A DNA stretch of 10,544 nucleotides from positions 1-10,544 of the IMG/VR virus record IMGVR_UViG_3300037264_002389; one strand, given 5' to 3'. The notes beneath the pieces were generated by a model. The model made no database searches. It was given only the letters and a program-made list of their open reading frames with translations, and was not told where the DNA came from. Source of the DNA: a virus. Its lineage: Duplodnaviria; Heunggongvirae; Uroviricota; Caudoviricetes. The number at the start of each line of letters is the position of its first letter. Positions within the stretch are counted from its first letter, which is position 1. Of this stretch, positions 1-8,032 are shown in pieces. A program made the position numbers and the translations under genes.

Positions 1-2
1 CG

Positions 3-1409
3 ACAGCAATCTTTGATAAGCTAGGAATTAGTTTAAAATCACTTTTACCAAGCGGAAACTTATTGTCTGGCGTGGGCGACAAAATCATGTTTGGTTTTAG
101 AGGAGCCGCCACTTGGGCTGCTCGGTTAATGCCATCAATGTCTGGGTTAGTAAGCACAGCTACTAGATTAGGTGGCTTTCTAAGTAGTGCGGCTACACCG
201 ATGATGGGCGTAGCAATGGGCGCTGGTGCTGCAGCCCTTGCTCTTGGCGGGGTTGTTGTTGCGGGTGCGGCAGTAGCAGTCTATATGCATAAAATAAAAC
301 AAGATACTTTAGAAGCTTATCAAGGAATCGGCAAGTCACATGCGCTTTTATTAAAGACAAGAAAGACGCTTGAAGAGAATAAAATGCTTGTTCATGATCG
401 ATATGAAACTGAGGTTAAAAGTTTGAAGAATAAACTGGCCGAACTTGCCGCTGCCAATAAGGGTAAGGAAACTACCGATGCAATGAATGTGTTGTCACAA
501 AGAATAACCGAAACACAAGAGAAACAAGGTCGTGAACTAAATGCTAATAACACGGCCATTGAGGCATATAAGAAACAATATGCTGAAGCGGTAAAAGCTG
601 GCGATTTGAATAAAGCTATGTTAATTGCAATTGGGCAGGAAGCTACGCGAAACGGGCAGGATATGAAAACATTTATGATGGACCAACAGGCTGTTGATGC
701 AGTAAGGTTAAAGACTACAAATGAAGTCAATGCTGCAATAAAAGAACAGACCAAGCTTAAAAGTGAATCAGTTGAGCGTGCAGTACGTGAGAAACATGAA
801 GAAGTATTGGCAGAACAATTAAGTAATCTAGCCAAAGAACGTGGTATAAAGGATATTGTTGAAGCTTATAGGAATCAAGAATTGTTAGGTAAGGCTCAGA
901 AAGAAGCTGTTGCTCAATCAGAAAAGTTACGCCAACAACTGGAGAAGACGGGGGAGGTGAAAGTCAAGCCTGGCTTACCTGATTTGACCGCGAAACGATT
1001 GGCAGAAATTTCGGATCGTAGGAGAGGAGAACAACCGCCAGCTCTAGAGAAGCTCCTGACTAATTTACCAAATACTATGAATACGGACATGCAGGATGCC
1101 ACTAAAATTGTGCGATATCAAAAACCAACATTGGAAGTTACGCCAGAAGCAGTGATTAAACCGCCGCCAGCGACACCGCAAACAATTGCACCAGTAAAGC
1201 ATACTGATCAGACAGCAAGACCAATTGAGAAAGAAGACACAGTATCACCAGCAGTTGCAAGAACAAATCAATTAATGGAGGGGGTAATACGAAAGATTGG
1301 TGAAAGTAAGCTTGGAGAGATCGTCAAGATCCTTGAAGATAATTTACCAAAATTGGTTGAGGCTTCGAATTCCGGATTAGCACCTACAGCAAACCAGTGG
1401 ATTAATTGA
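3..1409 (+). CDS. Tape-measure-like tail protein, C-terminal part (5'-truncated by the window edge)
   Basis: The frame is open from position 3 (TAIFDKLGISLKSLLPSGNLL...), so the TTG at 63 is probably not the real start. It has an Ala/Gly-rich hydrophobic segment at 201-287, then a long charged helical region. It lies directly upstream of tube-initiator and baseplate genes, the usual tape-measure position. Confidence 0.6.
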   Translation, partial: TAIFDKLGISLKSLLPSGNLLSGVGDKIMFGFRGAATWAARLMPSMSGLVSTATRLGGFLSSAATPMMGVAMGAGAAALALGGVVVAGAAVAVYMHKIKQDTLEAYQGIGKSHALLLKTRKTLEENKMLVHDRYETEVKSLKNKLAELAAANKGKETTDAMNVLSQRITETQEKQGRELNANNTAIEAYKKQYAEAVKAGDLNKAMLIAIGQEATRNGQDMKTFMMDQQAVDAVRLKTTNEVNAAIKEQTKLKSESVERAVREKHEEVLAEQLSNLAKERGIKDIVEAYRNQELLGKAQKEAVAQSEKLRQQLEKTGEVKVKPGLPDLTAKRLAEISDRRRGEQPPALEKLLTNLPNTMNTDMQDATKIVRYQKPTLEVTPEAVIKPPPATPQTIAPVKHTDQTARPIEKEDTVSPAVARTNQLMEGVIRKIGESKLGEIVKILEDNLPKLVEASNSGLAPTANQWIN

Positions 1410-1416
1410 GTGAAAC

Positions 1417-1995
1417 ATGCCTGATTCATCATTAGATAGCTTTGACGCTAAGTTAGCTAGAACTGCGTTTTTCGAGGTAGCAACTGTTGGTGGGGGCAAA
1501 AATGAAACTCTGTTCCAGTTTGCGCCGAAGATTATAAGTGAATCTAATTCTTCACTATGGCTGGAGAAGGATATGTGGGCAATTGAACCATTACGTATTC
1601 ACAAAGGTTCGTCAGGTAGGAAATTGGTAATGGAGTGGGAATATATTGCATCTGACCAGAATTTTAGTTGTAGAGTAGTCTCAGATGAAATAAGAAAGAT
1701 TAAGAAATATTTTTTCGAATTTGCAAGTTCAGCGGGAGCAATTTACCCGTTAGCAGTAGTTAAATTTTCACGGGTAATTCCAATCGAGACCAAATTCAGA
1801 ATCCGTGATTTAAACGTTACATATGGCCCTGAATTAGTAAATAATGATGGCATACACCCGTTATATTCGAAAGTAAGTGTACAGTTAGAACTGGCGACCA
1901 ATCTAAATTTAGAAACCTCACGTTCTTCCGCGCTTGATAAGACTCCCAAAATTGATGCGGCTGAATTAGGTGGTGCAGTGGTGGGGTGGTACTAA
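1417..1995 (+). CDS. Tail tube initiator / tube-like baseplate protein (P2 gpU, T4 gp48/gp54, CIS-tube type), 192 aa
   Basis: FQFAPKIISESNSSLWLEKDMWAIEPLRIHKGSSGRKLVMEWEY resembles the tube-initiator pattern F.F.P..I....S..W.......EP.....G...R.+.+...+. It sits between the tape-measure-like and gp53/LysM-like genes. Confidence 0.6.
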   Translation: MPDSSLDSFDAKLARTAFFEVATVGGGKNETLFQFAPKIISESNSSLWLEKDMWAIEPLRIHKGSSGRKLVMEWEYIASDQNFSCRVVSDEIRKIKKYFFEFASSAGAIYPLAVVKFSRVIPIETKFRIRDLNVTYGPELVNNDGIHPLYSKVSVQLELATNLNLETSRSSALDKTPKIDAAELGGAVVGWY

Positions 1996-2312
1996 TGCCA
2001 ATCCGATTAGATAGTACCTCACGATTTACTCAAACAGAACCGATCATTCATGATAATCATGAAACGTTTGGTCTGTGGAAGCGCCCAGAAGCGCTTAACC
2101 CAGATACAATAGATGAAGATTCAATAGTAATGTTTCCAATTGACCAACGCTTGGCTGGTAGACCAGATGTTATCGCCCAGGAACAATATGGCACGCCATT
2201 ATTAGAATGGATTGTAATAATGTTTAATCGACCACTAAATCCACTCGGTTGGCCTCAAGTAGGCACAGTTATAAAAATACCACGACGTGATGTAGTCGCG
2301 AGGATTTTGTGA
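1995..2312 (+). CDS. Baseplate wedge protein, T4 gp53 / P2 gpX / LysM-like, 105 aa
   Basis: RPDVIAQEQYGTPLLEWIVIMFN...GTVIKIP matches the gp53/LysM pattern RPD.IA...YG.....W.I...N...G..+.IP. The start is reassigned from GTG 1986 to ATG 1995, which overlaps the upstream TAA (TAATG) and follows GGGGTGG. Confidence 0.75.
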   Translation: MPIRLDSTSRFTQTEPIIHDNHETFGLWKRPEALNPDTIDEDSIVMFPIDQRLAGRPDVIAQEQYGTPLLEWIVIMFNRPLNPLGWPQVGTVIKIPRRDVVARIL

Positions 2313-2318
2313 ATTTAT

Positions 2319-2330
2319 TATAAATAAATA
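2319..2330 (+). promoter_or_regulatory. Candidate late promoter (TATAAATA, T4 gp55-type consensus) upstream of the spike gene
   Basis: An exact TATAAATA at 2319-2326 with an overlapping AATAAATA at 2323-2330, in the 32-nt intergenic gap. Weak, because the same 8-mer also occurs inside the CDS at 3137-3144. Confidence 0.3.
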
Positions 2331-2344
2331 TTAGGGGATTATTA

Positions 2345-4528
2345 ATGGATAATTTATCACGTGTATGGGATAAGTTTAATAAATTCAGAGTAGTTGATCT
2401 ATTTAACCGCTTCCCAGGATGGTACAGAGCACTAGTAGTGGAGACCAATGATCCACTACAATGGCACAGAATACGTTTCAAATGCCCGGAATTACATGAT
2501 TTTGACCTGAAAGCCGAGGACTGTCCATGGGCAGATCGAGCACCGTGGCTAGGAGGGAAGAACACCGGCTCCTGGGTTCACCCGTGTATAGGTGATATCA
2601 TTTGGGTAACATGGGAGAAAAATCATCCATATGGACCAATATGGGTTGGTTTTGCGATGGGGACCCGACGTAAGCGTTATCCACTTGAGTCAATTTATAC
2701 TAAATCACCATTGGCACTAAAATTAGATGAAACAGCTGATGAACGACCGGATGATTTCAACGAAGAATATTTACCAAAAGATTTTCGTCCAATGTCGCAT
2801 GGATGGCGTGACCGATATGGAAGCTCACAAGTAAATTCGTCAGTTGGATTCTTTCCCGTAGAACATATTAAAAAACCAGCACCAGTAGGACAAGATCCAA
2901 TTTCTAAGAAAGATTTTGACCAAGGTGACAAGCCATTAGTAAATGACCCAGATAGAAAATATTGCGTCGAGATGACTAAATATGGTAATTTTACCATTCA
3001 ATCAGACGTTGGTTTTTATTGGAAAAGACCAAGTAAAAACGAAGCTAATGATAAGTTTTTGCAATTTCTAGGTGAGGATACCCTTGGTGAATTTGTAGGT
3101 GATTTTGATGAAGATAGACCATTTGAAATAAAACGATATAAATATCTTCTCAGGCTTCTTAACGAAGACCAACCCAAATCAGAAGAACGAGATCAACGTC
3201 GTTATGAAATAAGAACTAGAGTAGGCCATAAATTTGAGATGCGCGATGTAGGCTGGGCGCAAAAGGGCGGTGGCAGATCAGGATGTGATGATGCTGGCGA
3301 AACTAAATCACGACCAGATGAATATGACGAGCCTAGAGTCTTATCAAAATGGACCAAGACAGATGAGCGCTGGATTAAATTGAGATCAAAGGGTGGTCAT
3401 CTTATCCAATTCATGGACATGGGTTTCCACCCAGAAGAAGATGAATTTTATAAGAGGCTGCTTGTTAAGGAAGTCGGACCAGACATAGACGATGAGAAGG
3501 AAGCTAAATGGACAGAACGTGATGCAAGACAAATACGAATAGTAACCCGATGGGGCATTAAAGCTGTTTTTGATGATCGTGGTAGTGACCCAAAGAATGC
3601 TGAAACTAAAGAAGTACCACGTGGGAATGGGTGGTTATTCAAGACTAGACGAAGTTGGACAAATGAGCCAACCACTCCACGCGGGTTCGCTATAGAAGCT
3701 ATTGATAAAGATGAACTCAATACTACGCGTTGGTATACACCAAAGTCTAAGATTGTTGAAATGAATGACAATTATGATTATATGATGATATGCACTGACA
3801 CGAAAACAGAGATTTCGAGAGAATGGCAGAAATTAAAGGAAAATGAGTTTGCACTAAAAGTTGCCATGACAGAGAATCCAGAAGATGACACATACCATCT
3901 TAAGTTGGATAAGTTTAATGGTTATATGCGGCTTAAGACGGCAGCTGGAGGAGATAACGGTAGACGTCCTGCATCAGGAGCATTTAGTAATGCTGATGTA
4001 GGTCTGAATCAAGGTATTGAGGCCAGAGATGGCAGATTTGGTTCTGATGGTGCTTGGGCAGAGTTGGTAGATATAGAACATAGGGGTGTCTGGTATTCAA
4101 AAAATCATAAATTAGGAATTTGGCGTTCTAAAGCCGGTAAAGACCAATTTATACTTATACATGATGGAAATAACAGTATCGTAATCAGAAATAACGAACA
4201 AGGACCAATGCAATTGTTTTGTGCACAAAATATTGAAATTATCGCCGGACAAGACATTGCGTTTAAAGCTGGTGGCAGGATTAGTTTTAAGGCTGGATCT
4301 ACAATTGATTTCGAAGCAGCAGGTTCTGGACACGCTAGATTAAGTGAAAATGCGTTAACTATGGATGTTCCAAATAATGCTCCCCAACACATTACCCCAG
4401 GTGCGTCTAATGACGTATTGAATCCAGAGCCAATTGATCAAGAGAAACGTGAACCAGATGATCGTGGCGAATCACTGATAACCCAAATACCAGAAGTTAA
4501 TGAGAAGGTTGTTAAAATGTGTGAATAG
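2345..4528 (+). CDS. Central baseplate spike, T4 gp5 / VgrG / gpV-like, 727 aa: N-terminal OB-fold, long insert-rich middle, short C-terminal beta-helix repeats
   Basis: The OB-fold signature YRALVVETNDPLQWHRIRFKCPEL...CPWA...GSWVHPCIGDIIWVTWEKNHPYGPIWVG spans aa ~25-103. Four octapeptide repeats (AQNIEIIA GQDIAFKA GGRISFKA GSTIDFEA) lie at aa 627-658. A GGGG SD-like motif is at 2334-2337. Confidence 0.85.
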   Translation: MDNLSRVWDKFNKFRVVDLFNRFPGWYRALVVETNDPLQWHRIRFKCPELHDFDLKAEDCPWADRAPWLGGKNTGSWVHPCIGDIIWVTWEKNHPYGPIWVGFAMGTRRKRYPLESIYTKSPLALKLDETADERPDDFNEEYLPKDFRPMSHGWRDRYGSSQVNSSVGFFPVEHIKKPAPVGQDPISKKDFDQGDKPLVNDPDRKYCVEMTKYGNFTIQSDVGFYWKRPSKNEANDKFLQFLGEDTLGEFVGDFDEDRPFEIKRYKYLLRLLNEDQPKSEERDQRRYEIRTRVGHKFEMRDVGWAQKGGGRSGCDDAGETKSRPDEYDEPRVLSKWTKTDERWIKLRSKGGHLIQFMDMGFHPEEDEFYKRLLVKEVGPDIDDEKEAKWTERDARQIRIVTRWGIKAVFDDRGSDPKNAETKEVPRGNGWLFKTRRSWTNEPTTPRGFAIEAIDKDELNTTRWYTPKSKIVEMNDNYDYMMICTDTKTEISREWQKLKENEFALKVAMTENPEDDTYHLKLDKFNGYMRLKTAAGGDNGRRPASGAFSNADVGLNQGIEARDGRFGSDGAWAELVDIEHRGVWYSKNHKLGIWRSKAGKDQFILIHDGNNSIVIRNNEQGPMQLFCAQNIEIIAGQDIAFKAGGRISFKAGSTIDFEAAGSGHARLSENALTMDVPNNAPQHITPGASNDVLNPEPIDQEKREPDDRGESLITQIPEVNEKVVKMCE

Positions 4529-4550
4529 ATTCCGGAGAAAATAAAGAAGC

Positions 4551-5279
4551 ATGATCATTAGTTTTCCAACCGCGTTGTATCTTCCAAAATTACCAACAGA
4601 TGAAAAGTCTGGTAATGTAACCTTTCTAATTTCTAGTGAAGATCCACCACGACCACAAACGAGTACATTACAATTATTTCGCGGTGAAGAAGTCAAGCCG
4701 CTGCCGCACAGGATCTTTACCGAAGAAGATAGGTTAAAGGTACTTGGAGAATTGGTAGCGACCATATCGACTGGAGCAACCAGATCAGTGGGCCTTGGTT
4801 CGAAGGCATTTGAGGTTGGACAAATTATTGAATTTGCTGAAATAGAAGATGAATCAGTAGAACCAACTACCAATTTATCGCCTGATGGTATTGATCTGCA
4901 ACATAATACTAATATATTAGATTTAGAGTCAGCCGGTTTATCGGAGTCGGAAATCGATCAATTGTTAGCTAGTGCAAAAACACGATTCGATGCACTAATA
5001 ATTGAATTTAAAGGTTTACAATCTACTATCAAGGAACTGCGCATTAAGATCGATGGCAATCAACGCTTAATTAATGAAGCGCGAAAAGCCCAATCAGCCA
5101 CGCGAACAGCATTTAATATCGGTGTATCTGATTCTAATGATATTCTAGATAAGCTTGAACAGCGTGAAGCTGATCTTCTTGTAGAGAGAGATGAGTTAAT
5201 AACGGCTTTTAATCAAGCAAATGAGGATAGTATACAGGCATATAATGAAATTATTGAATTGAAGGAGGTGATACGATAA
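4551..5279 (+). CDS. Hypothetical protein with C-terminal coiled coil, 242 aa; probably virion-associated
   Basis: Long ORF with structural-gene-like codon usage, GGAG upstream, and a stop overlapping the gp25-like start. The C-terminal ~110 aa are heptad-like and helical. No family recognised. Confidence 0.6.
   Translation: MIISFPTALYLPKLPTDEKSGNVTFLISSEDPPRPQTSTLQLFRGEEVKPLPHRIFTEEDRLKVLGELVATISTGATRSVGLGSKAFEVGQIIEFAEIEDESVEPTTNLSPDGIDLQHNTNILDLESAGLSESEIDQLLASAKTRFDALIIEFKGLQSTIKELRIKIDGNQRLINEARKAQSATRTAFNIGVSDSNDILDKLEQREADLLVERDELITAFNQANEDSIQAYNEIIELKEVIR
5262..5272 (+). promoter_or_regulatory. Shine-Dalgarno site of the gp25-like gene
   Basis: AAGGAGGTGAT is a full-length complement of the conserved 16S rRNA 3' end and lies just upstream of ATG 5279. 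Confidence 0.8.
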
Positions 5280-5716
5280 TGGCGAATATAAGTCCAAAAT
5301 ACTTTGGATATAATGCGCCATTTATTGGCGGCAATGAACGTGTCTTGTCACGTCAGGTGGATGATCGTTTGATACGAAATGATTTATTGCAATTATTATT
5401 GACAGCACCTGGTGAACGTGTAATGCGTCCGGATTTTGGTTCACCAATCAGAGCATATGTCTTTGAACAAATTGATGATACTGGTATTGATATTCTTAGA
5501 GAAAGAATTAAGGAGACTATCACCAGATTTGAAGGTAGAGTTAGTGTAACTGATGTTGCAATTGAAACTAATCCAGATAGTAATTTAATCAACATTAAAG
5601 TATATGGTTTTTTTAAGATTGACAGATTCGGCCAATTAACCGGAAATCCTGATCAGGCTGATCTTTTGGTTGAATTAAAAATACCTACAAGAAAGACAGC
5701 ACCAGGAATAAGCTAA
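5279..5716 (+). CDS. Baseplate wedge / sheath-initiator protein, T4 gp25 / P2 gpW-like, 145 aa
   Basis: LIRNDLLQLLLTAPGERVMRPDFGSPIRAYVFEQID...IKETITRFEGRVSVTDVAI is the GPW/gp25 signature (L.T..GER.+RP.FG...+FE...I...EPR+). A full SD AAGGAGGTG is at 5262-5270. Confidence 0.92.
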   Translation: MANISPKYFGYNAPFIGGNERVLSRQVDDRLIRNDLLQLLLTAPGERVMRPDFGSPIRAYVFEQIDDTGIDILRERIKETITRFEGRVSVTDVAIETNPDSNLINIKVYGFFKIDRFGQLTGNPDQADLLVELKIPTRKTAPGIS

Positions 5717-7407
5717 TGGCTAGAGTCACATTTGAATTACCAAATTCGCCTGAAGAGTTCAGTGTAGTTCTAGAACCAGCAGAACTTCGTAGATTGGATT
5801 TCTCGGCACTTGATTTTCCCACATTAAGACGGGCTGGTATCGAATATATTAGGACATATTTTCCAAATGACTTTAATGATTTCTTTGCAAGTAATGGCGT
5901 AATCATGATGTTGGAATTAGTAGCATATATTGGTGGGGTATTGTCAGAACGATCTGATATTTTGATCGATGAGGCATTCTTATCAACGGCGCAGACTAAG
6001 GAAGCTGTAAATCAACATTTAGAATTTATAAATCAGAAGATGCTTCGAGCAACACCAGCCGTTGTTGATATCGAAGTGAGTATTGCAGCGCCACTTCCGG
6101 CTGAAATTCGAATTCCGGCTGGGACTAGATTCACATTAACAGGCCCCGATAGTGCACCAGTTAGTTATGAGATCTTTAGAACCCCAGGTGATTTTACATC
6201 ATTTATTGTGATACCACCAGGGAAACGTGGTATTATTGCGCATGGAGTAGAGGGCATAATTAGTACACCTTTGACGGTTACAGCAACGGGTGGCCCTAAT
6301 CAGTTTGTTGATATTACATTGCCAGATGTGCTTGATGAGCCGATAAGGGTTGATGTTAATACAGGTTCCGAAGTTAGAATCTGGCAGCGTGTTGATATTA
6401 TTGAGAAATCAGATGCGACTGAGGAAGTTTATGAGGTTAGACATTTAGGTGATAGGACCAGGATACAATTTGGTAACGATCGTGGAGGTAAATCTCCGCT
6501 CGCTGGTCAACTTATTACTATTGTCTTCAGGACAGGCGGTGGTGTCCGTGGACGTATTGCAGCTAATACAATTAATGAGACCAGACCAATTTCGCCGCAA
6601 GCACCAGTTACAGCCGCCGTTGAGGTTCTATTTAGAAATCCATTCCCGTCATCGGGTGGAACTGATGAAGAGACTATTGAGCAAGCTAAGAGTAGAGCGC
6701 CACGTGAATTTTCTACTCAAGAAAATGCTGTGACTGGTGAAGATTATGGTTTGCTTGCTAAGCAATTTAGACACCCTGTATATGGTGCAGTTTCAAAGGC
6801 AATTGGTACTCTGCGTACTGGTGTTGATCAGGATCTTGAAGCGGTTGTTCAGGCAGTTCGTTCGGCGACCAGTGATGAGGCGGCTGTAGAAGAGCTTAAG
6901 ACCAATTTTATTAATAGAAATATTGTTGAATTGTATGTGTTGGCCGAGGGTCCCGGTAATGTTCCGGTTCTTCCGAGTACGGGGTTGAAACAGGGTCTAA
7001 TTACATTCTTCGAAGAGATCAATGTCCTAACTGATGAAGTGCGTGTATTTAATGGAGCAATTAAGGCAGTTAATATAACTGCTACGGTGGTTATGAGTAG
7101 AAACGCGGACGCTGGCACAGTGAAAGCAGCAACGCAACAAGCGATAACGGATTTCTTTAATATTAACAATTTTGACATGGGTGTTGCTTTTTATTTGTCT
7201 AATTTATATAATGTACTTCAGACAATACCCGGAGTTAGATATATTGACATATTTGAGCCTGCTGATGACATCATTCAGACAAACAAGATTGCCGATCCTT
7301 TGTCCAATGGCGTTGGTTTTAATGAGGTGATCACATTAGGCGAGGTTAGCCTTAAGTTCTTCTTTGAACCTGGTAATTTTAAGGTACCACCAGTGGCAAA
7401 TAAATAA
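5716..7407 (+). CDS. Baseplate wedge protein, T4 gp6 / baseplate J-like, 563 aa
   Basis: The N-terminus is gp6-like (LDFSALDF...MLELVAYIG...EAFLSTAQ). It also contains IQFGNDRGGKSP...FRTGGGVRG and GGTDEETIEQAKSRAP...AVTGEDY, typical of baseplate J/gp6, and follows the gp25-like gene through a TAATG overlap. Confidence 0.9.
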   Translation: MARVTFELPNSPEEFSVVLEPAELRRLDFSALDFPTLRRAGIEYIRTYFPNDFNDFFASNGVIMMLELVAYIGGVLSERSDILIDEAFLSTAQTKEAVNQHLEFINQKMLRATPAVVDIEVSIAAPLPAEIRIPAGTRFTLTGPDSAPVSYEIFRTPGDFTSFIVIPPGKRGIIAHGVEGIISTPLTVTATGGPNQFVDITLPDVLDEPIRVDVNTGSEVRIWQRVDIIEKSDATEEVYEVRHLGDRTRIQFGNDRGGKSPLAGQLITIVFRTGGGVRGRIAANTINETRPISPQAPVTAAVEVLFRNPFPSSGGTDEETIEQAKSRAPREFSTQENAVTGEDYGLLAKQFRHPVYGAVSKAIGTLRTGVDQDLEAVVQAVRSATSDEAAVEELKTNFINRNIVELYVLAEGPGNVPVLPSTGLKQGLITFFEEINVLTDEVRVFNGAIKAVNITATVVMSRNADAGTVKAATQQAITDFFNINNFDMGVAFYLSNLYNVLQTIPGVRYIDIFEPADDIIQTNKIADPLSNGVGFNEVITLGEVSLKFFFEPGNFKVPPVANK

Positions 7408-7452
7408 TTATTAAAATGTTAATCTGCGATATAACCTGCCTGGGGGAATCTG

Positions 7453-8022
7453 ATGGATAAGATAGTCCGGAAACTCTTATCTGTAGAAAATGTTGGCAAG
7501 CGGCTAAAAGCGCTATCAGATGCTCGTGGTATTCCTGCCAATATCGAACAACAGACATTAGAAGAATCGGAAGCGATTTTGTGGGCATATCGTGAATTAA
7601 GGCATAGATATTTAGTTGATGTTATGATTATAGTAGGGAATAGTTCATTTGTCCGTAGTGTTGATAACATTGATGAAGACAAGATCAGTAATCATGATGA
7701 TATTAGTGTCTTTTTATGGTTCGAGCCTGACAAAATATTCTTCGATTCAACTCGTGAATATTTAGCTCCTGGTTGGAAAGGCAACAAAATGCCAGAAAAT
7801 AAAATGCCCGTGAATTTGTTTTGTCATAGGTACTTTGCATCGTGTGGAAATGCTGATACTCCGGAAAAGGAGAAAGCTATTCTTTTCGATTGTTCAGTAG
7901 CGAAGAGTTGGTTGGAGGAAGCTGGTCGTCATACAGTTAAAAGCATGTTGACACCTTGGGCAATTGGTGTATTCAAAGCAATGCCATGGGAAAAGGCCCA
8001 TCATCCTGACCATCCTGAATAG
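7453..8022 (+). CDS. Hypothetical protein, 189 aa
   Basis: ATG preceded by GGGGG. The ORF fills the gap between the gp6-like and NYN genes. No family recognised. It ends in a His cluster (HHPDHPE). Confidence 0.6.
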   Translation: MDKIVRKLLSVENVGKRLKALSDARGIPANIEQQTLEESEAILWAYRELRHRYLVDVMIIVGNSSFVRSVDNIDEDKISNHDDISVFLWFEPDKIFFDSTREYLAPGWKGNKMPENKMPVNLFCHRYFASCGNADTPEKEKAILFDCSVAKSWLEEAGRHTVKSMLTPWAIGVFKAMPWEKAHHPDHPE

Positions 8023-8032
8023 GAGAAATGCA

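Noticed and set aside
2654-4222. T4-type lysozyme, intein or homing endonuclease inside the spike gene
   Set aside because: I found no T4-lysozyme E-x8-D-x5-T context, no intein splice motifs, and no LAGLIDADG, HNH or GIY-YIG motif.
392-4873. Minus-strand ORFs 392-835, 914-1102, 1743-1949, 2269-2565, 2695-2997, 3448-3771, 4105-4392, 4112-4333 and 4472-4873
   Set aside because: Antisense shadows of well-supported + strand structural genes, with Ser/Leu-rich unnatural composition and no motifs.
7783-8019. Short tandem duplications (AAAATGCC twice, CATCCTGA twice) as a repeat array or DGR target
   Set aside because: Only two short in-frame copies each, with no spacer structure and no reverse transcriptase or template repeat in the window.
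7964-8032. Longer NYN start given in the ORF track
   Set aside because: It overlaps the upstream gene by 59 nt and has no SD, whereas ATG 8033 has AGGAG at ideal spacing.
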